DNA from: Acidobacteriota bacterium | Lineage (GTDB): Bacteria > Acidobacteriota > Terriglobia > Acidiferrales > UBA7541 | Direction of reading: 5' to 3' | Length of the DNA: 64,000 nt | Assembly (NCBI GenBank): GCA_003154775.1 | Contig: PMES01000031.1 | Span: 4,334 to 68,333 of the forward strand | In this document: in pieces, positions 20,193 to 30,765 of the stretch | Layout: the number at the start of each line of letters is the position of its first letter | How positions within the stretch are numbered: position 1 is the first letter of the stretch | Made by a program: the position numbers and the translations under genes | Notes under the pieces: model-generated | The model's database searches: none | Told to the model about the DNA's origin: nothing | The model's input: only the letters and a program-made list of their open reading frames with translations

Positions 20193-21935
20193 ATGACAGA
20201 AACGTTGGCCCAGAGTGAGGCCGTACTGGAAGTCATCTCGCCCGACGGTGCGCGGAAGTACGTCCGCGTAACGCAGACGCCGTTTTTGATCGGGCGCGGC
20301 GCGGAGACGGGCAACCATTTACAGTTGACGGACCGCCGGATTTCGCGGAACTGTGCCGCGATCGTCATGGAGGCGAACCACTACTACCTGGAGGACCGCG
20401 GGCAGAGGCGCGGGATGTTCATCAACCAGGAAAAGGCGGAGAGCCGGCAGTTGAACGACGGCGACGTGATCACGTTCGGGATTGAAGATTCCTACCAGAT
20501 TATTTTCCGGGCGGCGACGGGAACTTCCGACGAAGCGATTCCGCAGCTCTTGACGCGGATCGACCACATGACCAGCTCGGAATCGACGGGCGGGGGCTTG
20601 CGGAAGTTGAACATGCTCCTGGAAGCCACTTCCCTGCTGCACTCGCAATTACCGCTGGATTCCGTGCTGGCAAAGATGATTGATCACGCCATCGCGGTAA
20701 CGGATGCGGACCGCGGTTTGCTGGAAGAGGCGGAAGCGGGACGCCCAGAAAATTTGCGCGTGCGGCTGGCACGCCGAAGCGGGGGACAGCGGCTGCCTCC
20801 CGAAAGCATGACACCCAGCCAAACGGCGATTCAGTTGGCGATGAAGCAAGGCTCGCCGGTGATCACGGAAGATCTGGCGCAGGCGGAGATGAACCTGCAG
20901 GCCGCGGCCAGCATCGTGGCGCAAGGATTGCGGGCGGTGGTGGTGATTCCGCTTTATGCCAGTTCGCGCGCGGCAAGCGAAGGCACGGGTGTGGATGTGC
21001 GCCGGGGCGTTTTTTTGGGCGTGCTGTATCTGGACTCAAAACGCCCGACGGCATTCACCAAGCTGGACCGGCAGATCCTGGACGCGCTGGCGGCCGACGC
21101 GGCCAGCATTCTGGACAATGCGCGGCTGGTGGAACGCGAACGAGAACGGCAACGGCTGGAGCAAGAGATTGGCATCGCGCGAGACATTCAGCAGGCCTTG
21201 CTGCCGAAAAATTTCAAGGATTATCCGCACCTGGCCGTCCTTGGCGTGAATTTTCCCTGCTTGTCGGTCGGGGGAGATTACTTCGACGTGTTTCCCCTGG
21301 ATGAAAAGCGGACAGCTTTTCTTCTGGCGGACGTGAGCGGAAAAGGGCTGGGAGCAGCGCTGTTGACGACCATGCTGCAGGGGGCACTCTCCGGCATGAC
21401 GCTGGGGACGGATCCGGCGCGGACATTCAACCACGTGAACCGGTTTCTGTGCGACCACGCGGAGGTCGGGCGTTACGCGACGATGTTTTTCGGCATCCTT
21501 GATGAAGCCGGGAAGCTGGAGTTCATTAATGCGGGGCACCCTTCGCCGATATTGATGCGGCAAGGACGGGCCGAGGAAGCGTTCACGGAAGGGTCGTTCC
21601 CCGTGGGGCTTGTGCCGGAAGCGGAGTTCGCGACGGCGACGCTGCAACTGGAGCCGAACGACACGCTGTTCCTTTTCAGCGACGGTGTTACGGAAGCGAT
21701 GGACCCGGATGAACAGTTATATGGAGTGCCGCGGCTGATCGGGGTGCTGCAAGGGAAGACCGACCTGCCGCTGGATGAGATCCAAAAGACGGTGCTGGAA
21801 TCGGTGGAGAACTTTGCGCGAGGCGCGCGACAGGCCGACGATTTGACCATGCTGGTGGTGCGATATCGGGCGGCAGGCGTGACGGTGGCGGATACGGATG
21901 TGTCCGCTGCGAACAGCGCGGCCGCGAACGGGTGA
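20193..21935 (+). CDS. FHA-GAF-PP2C (SpoIIE) Ser/Thr phosphatase
   Basis: FHA motifs (FLIGR, ISRNCA), GAF (LGVLYLDS), coiled coil, and SpoIIE motifs (VGGDYFD, LADVSGKG, SDGVTEA, DDLT). Confidence 0.9.
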   Translation: MTETLAQSEAVLEVISPDGARKYVRVTQTPFLIGRGAETGNHLQLTDRRISRNCAAIVMEANHYYLEDRGQRRGMFINQEKAESRQLNDGDVITFGIEDSYQIIFRAATGTSDEAIPQLLTRIDHMTSSESTGGGLRKLNMLLEATSLLHSQLPLDSVLAKMIDHAIAVTDADRGLLEEAEAGRPENLRVRLARRSGGQRLPPESMTPSQTAIQLAMKQGSPVITEDLAQAEMNLQAAASIVAQGLRAVVVIPLYASSRAASEGTGVDVRRGVFLGVLYLDSKRPTAFTKLDRQILDALAADAASILDNARLVERERERQRLEQEIGIARDIQQALLPKNFKDYPHLAVLGVNFPCLSVGGDYFDVFPLDEKRTAFLLADVSGKGLGAALLTTMLQGALSGMTLGTDPARTFNHVNRFLCDHAEVGRYATMFFGILDEAGKLEFINAGHPSPILMRQGRAEEAFTEGSFPVGLVPEAEFATATLQLEPNDTLFLFSDGVTEAMDPDEQLYGVPRLIGVLQGKTDLPLDEIQKTVLESVENFARGARQADDLTMLVVRYRAAGVTVADTDVSAANSAAANG

Positions 21936-22030
21936 GAGCCCGGTTTCCTTCCCTACTGTCCCGAGTCAGAATTGTCTGCAAATAGTTGTAGCCTTCCAGG
22001 GCATTCCGAGAGTCACGCGCCGCACGGGCC

Positions 22031-22097
22031 CGAGGAATCCGCTTTTGTTTTCAGCATTCAAGAGAAAAACAGATTCCTCGCTCCGCTCGGAATGACA
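22031..22097. repeat. REP-like element
   Basis: CGAGGAATC (22031) and GATTCCTCG (22072) inverted pair, followed by CTCCGCTCGGAATGACA. Confidence 0.55.
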
Positions 22098-22206
22098 ATT
22101 TCACCCCTTCGGCGTATTTATGATTCAGGACACTGGCGGCGCGAGCGCAGTGCAGGCAGGATAGAGGGCTACACTCGAATCGAGGGAAAGAAGGGAGCAA
22201 TCGACC

Positions 22207-22623
22207 ATGGATCTCGCGGAGGTTTTGCGATTTTTAGAGGGAGAGAAACTGGCGGTGCTGGCGACGTCGGCGGAGGATGGCAGGCCGGAGGCGGCAGTGA
22301 TGGGATTTGCGGTGACGCCGGAGCTGGAGATTATTTTCGACACGGTGAGGAGTTTCCGGAAATACCCGAACCTGAAGAAAAATCCATGCGTGGCGTGGGT
22401 GATTGGGTGCACGTCGGAAATATCGGTGCAATATGAAGGAATTGCGGTGGAGTTGGAGGGGGCGGAATTGGAGAAGTACAAGAGCATCTATGCGAAGAAG
22501 TATCCCGACAGCACGGGACGCGACAAGTGGGCGGACCTGACGTATTTCGTGGTGCGGCCTACATGGGTGCGGTATGGAGATTACACGCCGGGGAAAAGGC
22601 GGATCGAGGAGAAGGAGTTTTGA
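22207..22623 (+). CDS. Pyridoxamine 5'-phosphate oxidase-like FMN-binding split-barrel protein
   Basis: LAVLATSAEDGRPEAAVMGF and RKYPNLKKNPCVA. Confidence 0.85.
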   Translation: MDLAEVLRFLEGEKLAVLATSAEDGRPEAAVMGFAVTPELEIIFDTVRSFRKYPNLKKNPCVAWVIGCTSEISVQYEGIAVELEGAELEKYKSIYAKKYPDSTGRDKWADLTYFVVRPTWVRYGDYTPGKRRIEEKEF

Positions 22624-22733
22624 GAAGTGAGCGGTAGAGGAAATTGCGAATTCGATCGCCAAAGAGACAATGGGGACTGGCGGGGCTTCCTCACGAGCAG
22701 CAGTTTATCCGTTGTTCAAGTTCAGCAAAAGAT

Positions 22734-22868
22734 TGTCATCCTGAGGCGATCCGATGAGGATCGACAAAGGATCTCAACCTTGGAATCATGCACCGTTTCG
22801 GCGTTGAGATCCTTCGGGGCGCCCCGACCAGGTCGGGGTAAACGCCCGGCGCGCCCCTCAGGATGACA
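22734..22868. repeat. REPIN/MITE-like element with nested inverted repeats
   Basis: Perfect 13-bp IR TGTCATCCTGAGG (22734) / CCTCAGGATGACA (22856), with inner 11-bp IR AGGATCTCAAC (22768) / GTTGAGATCCT (22803). Confidence 0.7.
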
Positions 22869-22968
22869 GCGCATTGCTGTGTGTGAGTGACGGGCAAAAC
22901 TATATCTCGTGAGAAATGCGAACTATTGCCATGAGTTGAGGCTGCGCGATTGCCCGTATTTCGCAGTG

Positions 22969-24252
22969 CTAGAGTTCGCGAAGCGCGACCGCGACGGGGC
23001 GAATGGCGGCGCGCACCGCCGGGAGCAAGCCGCCAAGAACGCCCATGACCAGGGCGAAGAGAAGACCCAAACCCAAAAGCCTAAAGGTGATCTTAAAGGC
23101 GAAGGCGATACTGGAAAAGGTCTGAAAATTCATCGTGCTGGTGGTCCAGCCGTTCAGAGGAAGAACGGCGAAGCAGCCAATCAAACCCCCAACGAAAGAA
23201 ATCAGGAGTGCCTCGAAGAGAAAAGAGAGGATGACGCTCCAGGTGCTGAAGCCGACGGCGCGCATGGTGGCGATTTCGCGGCCGCGTTCGGCGACAGCGG
23301 AATACATGGTGTTTAGCGCGCCAAACACGGCGCCAACCGCCATGATGAGGGCAACAAGGCCCCCAAGGACGGTAATCAACCGGGTCATGGTGGTGGATTG
23401 CTTCGCGTAATAGTCAACCTCGCGGATAGCGTCGACGTTGAGTTGCGGGTTGGAGGTAACAGAATCCTTGAACGCCTGGAAGGACGCGGGCGAATCGAGG
23501 TGGACGGTGGCGGACTGAAAAATGTTGGGAGGGCGCAGCAGGACTTGGTTGAGGATTTTGGCGTCGCACCAGATTTCGGAGTCGAAGGCAGAGCCGCCCG
23601 CATCGAAGACGCCGACGACCTGCCAGTGGCCCCCGCCAAAATTGATGGTATTGCCGACGGTCAGCCCGGAATAGGTTTTGGAAGCGTTTTTCCCGACGAC
23701 GAGCTCCGATAGGCCCGGCTGGAACATGCGCCCCTGGGATACTTTCACGAAAGTGCGAATCTGCAGAACATTGGGGGAGACGCCGCGGACCTGAACGTTG
23801 GCATCGGTGCCGGTGCTAATCAATGGAATCGGGACAACCCCGACAACTTCCTGGGTAATGAGGGGGCCTGAGGAATCGTGGGCGACCCCCGGCGCGTCTT
23901 GGACAAGCTTGACGGAATCAAGGCTTATGCCGCCCATCATCTCCGTAGGAGAGCCGGCGCGCATCACGAGGGCGTTGCCTGGAGAACCGGAGGCCACTAA
24001 CGTGGCTTTAAAGCCGTTAGCCAGGGATAGCATGGCGACGAAGACGCCAACCGTGCCGGCAATGCCGATAATGGCAACGATGGTGGACGTCCAGCGCGCC
24101 CGGATGCTGCGAAGGTTATAGGAAACCGGCACATTGCCGAGGAAAGGCGCGAGCAAGCCAGCAATGATCCCCCCAACTATGACCAGAACAAGCAGAAGGG
24201 CGAAGATCGCCACTACGGTAATCAAGAATCCGAAGAACAGTTTAGGCAGCAT
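22969..24252 (-). CDS. ABC transporter permease (MacB/FtsX family)
   Basis: SYNLRSIRARW, MacB periplasmic core, NTMYSAVAERGREIATMRAVGF and GGLLPAVRAA. Confidence 0.9.
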   Translation of the reverse strand: MLPKLFFGFLITVVAIFALLLVLVIVGGIIAGLLAPFLGNVPVSYNLRSIRARWTSTIVAIIGIAGTVGVFVAMLSLANGFKATLVASGSPGNALVMRAGSPTEMMGGISLDSVKLVQDAPGVAHDSSGPLITQEVVGVVPIPLISTGTDANVQVRGVSPNVLQIRTFVKVSQGRMFQPGLSELVVGKNASKTYSGLTVGNTINFGGGHWQVVGVFDAGGSAFDSEIWCDAKILNQVLLRPPNIFQSATVHLDSPASFQAFKDSVTSNPQLNVDAIREVDYYAKQSTTMTRLITVLGGLVALIMAVGAVFGALNTMYSAVAERGREIATMRAVGFSTWSVILSFLFEALLISFVGGLIGCFAVLPLNGWTTSTMNFQTFSSIAFAFKITFRLLGLGLLFALVMGVLGGLLPAVRAAIRPVAVALREL

Positions 24253-24254
24253 TC

Positions 24255-25403
24255 TCAGACTCTCCTGAGGGCATTCACAACGCGCATGTGCATGGCGCCA
24301 AGTCCGGGAAGTAGCCCGCTGGCCAAGCCCACAAGCAAGGCAACGAGCAGGCCGGAGGCAAGCATCGTTGGAGAAAGTATCAGGTTGGGCAAAAGACCGC
24401 TGAGCGCCTTGGCCAGCACGGGAATGAGCAGGAGGGCAGAGAGGAGGCCAATCACGCCGCCGATCAGGGCGATGGCCAGCGATTCAGCAAGAACAAAGAA
24501 GAGAACAGCACGGTCGGAGAAACCGATGGCTTTGAAGACGGCCAGTTCGGAGGTGCGTTCACGCACAGATATGGCCATGGTGTTGCCGGTGACGAGAAGA
24601 AGAGTGAAGAAGACGATGGTGCCAATGCTGACGATGAGGAATTGAATGTTGCCCAACTGCTTGACCCAATTGGCGGCAAAGGCGGATTCCGTTTCGGTCT
24701 TGGTTTCGTTGGCGGAGTTGGCAAACTCCTCGTCAATGGCCTTGGCGACGCGGACGGAGTCATCGGGCTTTTCCACCCGCAACACATACCAACCGACATT
24801 ACCTTTATAGGCCTGGACCATTCTTTCCTCGTAGTAGTCCCACTGGAACCAGAGCTGGGTTTCGTCGTCCTGGGGCCGCTTGCCATGGTAGATGCCCACG
24901 AGGTTGAATTCCCAGGCACCGCCACCATAGATGGTCGACTTGAGAGGAATACGGTCACCGATTTTCCAACCGAAGCGTTCGGCGGTGCGCGCACCGGCAA
25001 TGACACCCTGTCGGTCCTTCACGAAGGCGTTCCACTGATCGTCGGGGACGATCAGTTCGGGAAAGACCTGGCGCTGGTTTTCCGGGTCAATGACAAATTG
25101 CGGAAAGAAATTCTTTTCATCTTGGTAGATACCGCCAAACCAATTGTCGTGGGTGATGCATTTCACGCCCGGAATTCGGGCGATCTTATCGCGATAGGAA
25201 AGGGGGATGGGATTGATGATGGAGGTGCGGTTTATGACCCACAGGCGGTCGGCTCCCGCAACATCGGCGCCGCGGGTGAAGGCATCCCGCACGACCGCGA
25301 GAAAGACAAAGAGGAAGAGGGCCACGGCGAAAGAACCGAGAGTAAGGAACAAGCGAATCTTTTTTCGCAAGAGGTTGGCAAGGATGATCCGCGCGAATTT
25401 CAT
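24255..25403 (-). CDS. ABC transporter permease (MacB/FtsX family)
   Basis: NLLRKKIRLFLT and NTMAISVRERTSELAVFKAIGF. Confidence 0.9.
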   Translation of the reverse strand: MKFARIILANLLRKKIRLFLTLGSFAVALFLFVFLAVVRDAFTRGADVAGADRLWVINRTSIINPIPLSYRDKIARIPGVKCITHDNWFGGIYQDEKNFFPQFVIDPENQRQVFPELIVPDDQWNAFVKDRQGVIAGARTAERFGWKIGDRIPLKSTIYGGGAWEFNLVGIYHGKRPQDDETQLWFQWDYYEERMVQAYKGNVGWYVLRVEKPDDSVRVAKAIDEEFANSANETKTETESAFAANWVKQLGNIQFLIVSIGTIVFFTLLLVTGNTMAISVRERTSELAVFKAIGFSDRAVLFFVLAESLAIALIGGVIGLLSALLLIPVLAKALSGLLPNLILSPTMLASGLLVALLVGLASGLLPGLGAMHMRVVNALRRV

Positions 25404-26143
25404 GCGACGCCTCCAGCGCCAGTAAGCTGAGAAGCGTGCTTACCTTCGACCAGCACGCCTTTGTCGAGGTGCAGGATGGAGCTGGCCCGGGCGGCGACGA
25501 CGGGATCGTGGGTCACCATCAGCACGGTTTTATGGTGCCTGCCGACAAGCTCTTCGATGATCGTCATGACGTCATCGGCGCTCTTGCGGTCGAGGTCCCC
25601 GGTAGGCTCGTCGCAGAGAAGGAAGGTGGGATCGGAAACGATGGCTCGGGCAATGGTGACGCGCTGCTCCTGGCCGCCGGAGAGCTGCCGGGGAAAGTGG
25701 TGCATGCGGTCAGTGAGACCAACGACGCCGAGAGCGGTCTCGACGTGCGAGCGGCGCTCCGCCTTGGAAAGTTTTGTCAGGAGGAGAGGCAGCTCCACAT
25801 TCTGAAATGCGGTGAGCACGGGAATGAGGTTATACATCTGAAAGATGAAGCCGACGTGGCGGGCGCGCCATTCGGTGAGCCGGCCGCTGGACATGTGAGT
25901 AATCTCATCGCCGGCGACGGTGATGCGGCCGCGGGTGGGCACGTCCAGACCACCGAGCAGATTGAGGAGAGTGCTCTTGCCGGAGCCGCTGGGGCCCATG
26001 AACGCGACGAATTCACCGGCTTCCACATCGAGATTGAGCCCCTGGAGGACGTCAATCACTTCGCCGCCGCGGCGATAGGTTTTGTCGAGGTCGCGGACCT
26101 GGATGAGACTCGACTGACCGCCACTACCATCCACCTTGACCAT
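25400..26143 (-). CDS. ABC transporter ATP-binding protein (LolD/MacB-like)
   Basis: Walker A GPSGSGKS, signature LSGGQEQR, Walker B LLCDEPTG and H-loop VTHD. Confidence 0.95.
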   Translation of the reverse strand: MVKVDGSGGQSSLIQVRDLDKTYRRGGEVIDVLQGLNLDVEAGEFVAFMGPSGSGKSTLLNLLGGLDVPTRGRITVAGDEITHMSSGRLTEWRARHVGFIFQMYNLIPVLTAFQNVELPLLLTKLSKAERRSHVETALGVVGLTDRMHHFPRQLSGGQEQRVTIARAIVSDPTFLLCDEPTGDLDRKSADDVMTIIEELVGRHHKTVLMVTHDPVVAARASSILHLDKGVLVEGKHASQLTGAGGVA

Positions 26144-26154
26144 TTCGTGCGCTC

Positions 26155-27423
26155 CTATTTTTTGATCTGGACGCTCTGACCGTCACGAAGAGTTTCCGGG
26201 CCGCCGACCACGACCACCTGCTCGGGCTGCAAACCCGCAAGGATTTCGACATCGGCACCGCGCACGGCGCCGAGCGTAACACCGCGGCGCTCGAGCGTGT
26301 TGTCCTTCACGATATAGACAAACTTGGAAGAGTTCTCCTGGCGCACCGCGGATTGCGGCACGAGAGCAACGGCGGCAGACTTTTCCTCTTTCTTCTTGGA
26401 GGGATCACTTTCTTCGAGGAACGTGACTTTCACGCCCATGTCCGGAAGAATGCGCGGATCTACTGCCGGATCGATCAGGTGGACGTGATCCTTATCGGTG
26501 AAGGAGATGCGGACTTTGACAGTGGCCTTCTGGCGGTCCGCGGTTGGAATGACGGTGCGAACCTTCGCGGGAATCTCCCAATCCGGATAGGCATCGAGCA
26601 CTGCTTTGACGGGCTGATTGGCCTGCACCTTGGCGATGTAGGATTCGCTTACGTCCACTTCGATTTCGTTGGAATGAAGGTCGACGATGGTGGCGATGCC
26701 GGTGCGAGTGAACCCGCCTCCGGCAGAAACGGGCGAGACCATTTCGCCAACTTGGGCGTCTTTCGAGACCGCGATGCCGGCGAAAGGCGCGCGGATGGTG
26801 CAGTTATCGACGGCCTGCTGCTGTTCGCGGATGCGGGCTTCCGAGGCAAGAACCTGTTGCCTGGCCAGCTCGATCTTAGCCCGGAGGCTGTCCGCGGAGG
26901 TGGCGGCGGCATCGAGGGCCTGCTGGGTCTGCACACCTTCCTTGACGAGTTGCTGTGTGCGGTGAAGCTCAATTTCAGCATTGCGGAGCTGGACCTGGAA
27001 GTCCGTAATCGCTGCCTGCAAGGCGTCCCGATCGGCTTTGGCGGAGTCCAGAGCGCGGCGGGTATCGGAATCGTCGAGCGTGGCGAGGAGTTGGTTCTCG
27101 CTGAGGCGCGTGCCTTCGTCGAAAAAGACGCCGGTGACGCGGCCGGTGATCTTGGCGGCGATGGTAGCGCGACGCCGCGGCGTGATGTACCCGCTGGCAT
27201 TGAGAACGCCAGCCGGGCCGGAAGCAGGCTTGCGAGCGGAGGTGACCTCGACCTCGGCCTTACGGTTGTGATACGCGGAAGCGATGGCGGCTACCAGGGC
27301 GATCACAATCACGGCAAGGATAATCCAAAGCCAGCGCCGGCCAGCGCCGGGATTGCTGCGTTTGGCGTCGGTGATGCGCAGGGAGGACAGGTCGGGCTTC
27401 AGGGACTTAGGTGTTGTCGCCAT
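26155..27423 (-). CDS. Efflux periplasmic adaptor subunit (MacA-like)
   Basis: N-terminal TM segment, LNASGYITPRR, coiled-coil hairpin and IRAPFAG; first gene of the ABC operon. Confidence 0.9.
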   Translation of the reverse strand: MATTPKSLKPDLSSLRITDAKRSNPGAGRRWLWIILAVIVIALVAAIASAYHNRKAEVEVTSARKPASGPAGVLNASGYITPRRRATIAAKITGRVTGVFFDEGTRLSENQLLATLDDSDTRRALDSAKADRDALQAAITDFQVQLRNAEIELHRTQQLVKEGVQTQQALDAAATSADSLRAKIELARQQVLASEARIREQQQAVDNCTIRAPFAGIAVSKDAQVGEMVSPVSAGGGFTRTGIATIVDLHSNEIEVDVSESYIAKVQANQPVKAVLDAYPDWEIPAKVRTVIPTADRQKATVKVRISFTDKDHVHLIDPAVDPRILPDMGVKVTFLEESDPSKKKEEKSAAVALVPQSAVRQENSSKFVYIVKDNTLERRGVTLGAVRGADVEILAGLQPEQVVVVGGPETLRDGQSVQIKK

Positions 27424-27588
27424 ACGGGCGGCGTCTCCTCGACCGGGGAGTTCTCACGAACTTCTCATAGTGGATACGCACCCAGGTGTCTAGAAGTTAC
27501 GATGAAGATGACTCCAAATCCGGTACTTGGGATTTTACCGCGAGAGGCGGGTTTCCGGGAGGAAGAATGACTGGGGCGAGAAACCGGT

Positions 27589-28224
27589 TCAGACCCGCGA
27601 GCCATGGTAGAAGAACTGACCCAAGCCAATCGTAAAGATGAAATTGCCGAAGATCGCGTGGTCGAGACAGGCGAAAAGGAGCGATCCGGAGTGCTGGTAG
27701 GTGAGGGAAAACAGGACACCCCCCACGATGCAGAGGATTACGGCAAGCCAATTGCCAAAAATTATGTGCACGAACCCGAAAGCAAAAGCGCTGGCCAGAA
27801 TCATTACGATGCCGCTGCCAAAAAGCGGCTGGTAACGGTGAAAGAAGAAGGCGCGGTAGATCAGTTCCTGGGGATAAACGGAAACGAGCGGGTAGAGGAG
27901 CATGACCAGGGCCCAGAAGCCGGGAGCGCGCTTGAGAAAGGAGAACAGGAGCTGGGGCGCAAAAACGCGGACCGCGAGCCCCAAGAGAGCGAGAAAGACA
28001 GCATCACGCACGAGCAGCGGCAGGAGTTGGGAGCGAACATTATTCCACGAAGCGAGATGAGAGAAATCAAAGCTGGGGTCGCTGCGAAGAACCAGGAAAG
28101 CGGCAAGAGCGGCAAACAGGAGATAGGGGATGGGGAAGTTGGGCACAAGGCGGTAATAAACAAGCAGAGGAACGCCGACGAAGAGCGCTGAGAACTCCAA
28201 CGAAAGCAGAACGAGGCGCAGCAT
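27589..28224 (-). CDS. CPBP family intramembrane metalloprotease (CAAX/Abi)
   Basis: Multiple TM segments; QELIYRAFF (EExxxR variant), FGFVH and ACLDHAIFGN. Confidence 0.85.
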   Translation of the reverse strand: MLRLVLLSLEFSALFVGVPLLVYYRLVPNFPIPYLLFAALAAFLVLRSDPSFDFSHLASWNNVRSQLLPLLVRDAVFLALLGLAVRVFAPQLLFSFLKRAPGFWALVMLLYPLVSVYPQELIYRAFFFHRYQPLFGSGIVMILASAFAFGFVHIIFGNWLAVILCIVGGVLFSLTYQHSGSLLFACLDHAIFGNFIFTIGLGQFFYHGSRV

Positions 28225-28552
28225 AGATGAGAGCCAACAGCTTACCTCAGGTTGCGGACGGCTTGTCAGCCATGATGGGTGGCGGAGGAGAAGGGCGGCG
28301 CAGAGTGTTGCGGAGGTTGTTCACGGCCGCCTGGGCTTGATGGACGTGCTGGTGGATGGTCCTGGCGTTTTCGCGGTCCTGCGGCAAGAGAGAGGGCATA
28401 CCGGCACGAAGCCCCGAAAAGTCGAGGATGGCCGTAATTTGGGCTGTGTCGGCTGCACTTGCAAACCACGGAGGTGTAGGGGAACCTAATAGGCTTGCGG
28501 TATCGCTCCCCGCAGCCACAGTTTTAGAGGTTAACTAACGAGCGAGGAATCC

Positions 28553-29875
28553 ATGCGATATCGGACAGCACAGGAAGACTACGCAGCGAAGCTCACTACG
28601 CCGGCCAAGGCAGTCGAAGGAATAGCGAACGGAAGCACGCTTTGCCTGGCGCTGGCGGTGGGCATGCCCGGAGGGCTGGCCAGGGCCGTTGCCGACCGCG
28701 TTCTTGCGGGCAACCTGAAGGATTTGAATTTGTATTACCAGCATTCCATGAAGTACAGCGAAGAAACGCTGATCCGGCCGGAAGTATTGTCCAAAGTGGA
28801 TGCGCGGTGCTTTTTCATGGGCGACCCGGACCGCAAAATGGTCAAAGTGGGCATCTCGGAAGGGAGAAAGTACCTGAGTTACGTTCCGGTGAACTTTTCG
28901 CAGATACCCCGCGCGCTCACGGAGCACATCCGGGTGAACACTTTTCTGGTGACCGTGTCGCCGATGGATGCTTCGGGCCACTTCAGCCTGGGCACAAATA
29001 ATGACTACGCCTCGACGGTGCTGCGGCACTGCGACCGCGTGGTGGTGGAAGTGAACCGCAACATGCCGCGGGTGTTCGGCGATTCGCTGGTGCACGTATC
29101 GGAAGTGCAGGCAATCGTCGAAAACCATGCGCCGCTGGTGCAGGTGCCGTACAAAGATCCTGACGAAGATTCGATGAAGATCGGGCAGTGCATCGCCGAA
29201 CAGATCCCGGACGGCGCGACGCTGCAACTGGGAATCGGGAACCTGCCCAATGCCGTGGCGCTCCACCTTGGGCATCGCAATGACCTGGGGATTCATTCCG
29301 AGCTTTTCAGCCACGCGTTAATGCGGCTGGTGAAAAGCGGCGTGGCCAATGGAAGGAAAAAGACGCTGCACCCGCGAAAGCACGTGTTCACCTTCGCGAT
29401 TGGGGACGATGAGGTCTACAGGTTCATCAACGACAACCCGTCGATGGAGAGCTACGCCTCTTCCTACGTGAATGACATCCACATCATCGCGCAACACGAC
29501 AACATGATGAGCGTGAACACCGCGGTTGAGGTGGATCTCTACGGCCAGGTAAACGGGGAATTCATCAACGGCCACCAGTACAGCGGGTCCGGCGGACAAT
29601 TCGACTTCGTGAAGGGCGCGTCCTTTTCAAAGGGCGGGAAGGCCTTCATCGGATTGAAAGCGGCGGCGAAGAACGGAACAATTTCCAGCATCGTGCCGCA
29701 CGTGCAAATGGCGACGGATACCCGCATGGACGTCGAGCACATCGTGACGGAGTATGGCTGCGTGAACCTGCGCGGGAGGTCGACGCGGGAACGCGCGCTG
29801 GCGCTGATCAGCATCGCGCATCCGAACTTCCGGGACGAACTGACCAAGCACGCCAAATCGATCAACCTGATTTGA
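28553..29875 (+). CDS. Acetyl-CoA hydrolase/transferase (4-hydroxybutyrate CoA-transferase-like)
   Basis: VSPMDASGHFSLG, LQLGIG, LGIHSE (catalytic Glu), SGSGGQFDF and VTEYG. Confidence 0.92.
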   Translation: MRYRTAQEDYAAKLTTPAKAVEGIANGSTLCLALAVGMPGGLARAVADRVLAGNLKDLNLYYQHSMKYSEETLIRPEVLSKVDARCFFMGDPDRKMVKVGISEGRKYLSYVPVNFSQIPRALTEHIRVNTFLVTVSPMDASGHFSLGTNNDYASTVLRHCDRVVVEVNRNMPRVFGDSLVHVSEVQAIVENHAPLVQVPYKDPDEDSMKIGQCIAEQIPDGATLQLGIGNLPNAVALHLGHRNDLGIHSELFSHALMRLVKSGVANGRKKTLHPRKHVFTFAIGDDEVYRFINDNPSMESYASSYVNDIHIIAQHDNMMSVNTAVEVDLYGQVNGEFINGHQYSGSGGQFDFVKGASFSKGGKAFIGLKAAAKNGTISSIVPHVQMATDTRMDVEHIVTEYGCVNLRGRSTRERALALISIAHPNFRDELTKHAKSINLI

Positions 29876-30321
29876 CCGGCTCAATTGCTATAGCTTGATT
29901 ACGACCGGCGCGGAAACGGCTGAGGCTTGTAAAGCTGGCCCCTGATGACAGAGAACAGTTTTTTAGGATTTGGCGGACAGACGAAGCCAAATGCGGCGGA
30001 AGAGACCGGGAAGCAACGAATGGGAAGGCGCTGCCTGCGCAGCCACGGACGGCACGAGGGCGACGGGCGCGAACGAGCTGACATTCGCCGTCATGCCACT
30101 CCCGGCGATTCGGCGGACTTCCTCGCCGCTGCCAAACATTATGCGGGCCAAACTGAGATTCGACATGACGGCCTCCGAACGCTCCAGCCAGTACATCTTG
30201 CATTTGTCGATTTTGCGCCGAGTGGCATCAAAAGAAAGTCGGAAACGCAGGGAATCGCCGAGAAGGTAACTGTTCCAAGGGTCAGGTTTGTTAGAATGCG
30301 AAGCGAAACGGAGGAACTAAA

Positions 30322-30756
30322 ATGGCGGAACAGAATTTTGCGAATCATACGAGGTTGGTGCCGATGTTTCATTACTTTATCTTGCCGGCGCTGACGTTGA
30401 ATTTTGGCTGGTCCATCTATCGCTTGGCACACTGGCGCCATTGGATGGAGGGACTGGTAGACTTGCTGACCGCAGCAGCGTTGCTGGTGCTGGCCTTTTA
30501 TGCGCGCATCTTCGCGCTTACGGTGCAGGACCGCGTGATCCGGCTGGAAGAGCGGCTGCGGTTTGAGCGGTTATTGCCGGAAGATTTGAAGGCGCGAATA
30601 CCGGAATTCACGCGCGGTCAATTTGTGGCCTTGCGGTTTGCGAGCGACGCGGAACTCCCGGCACTGGCGCGTAAAGTCCTGAGCGACAATCTGACGGACG
30701 GCAAAGCCATCAAGCAATTGGTGCAGAGCTGGCGCGCCGACCACCTGCGCGCGTAG
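30322..30756 (+). CDS. Conserved membrane-anchored protein, DUF6526-like
   Basis: QNFANHTR..P.FHY, QDRVIRLEERLR, QFVALRFASD.E and IKQ.V.SWRAD..R. Confidence 0.75.
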   Translation: MAEQNFANHTRLVPMFHYFILPALTLNFGWSIYRLAHWRHWMEGLVDLLTAAALLVLAFYARIFALTVQDRVIRLEERLRFERLLPEDLKARIPEFTRGQFVALRFASDAELPALARKVLSDNLTDGKAIKQLVQSWRADHLRA

Positions 30757-30765
30757 TTGAAGCGA

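Noticed and set aside
27589-28224. CPBP/Abi protease as an abortive-infection defence gene
   Set aside because: The Abi label is historical for this family; host-like GC and housekeeping context give no defence evidence.
28440-28552. Possible riboswitch upstream of the CoA-transferase gene
   Set aside because: Only a short hairpin (GCTTGCGG...CCGCAGC), with no recognisable aptamer consensus.
29963-30196. Small minus-strand ORF between the CoA-transferase and DUF6526-like genes
   Set aside because: No clear RBS or motif; cannot be distinguished from a chance ORF.
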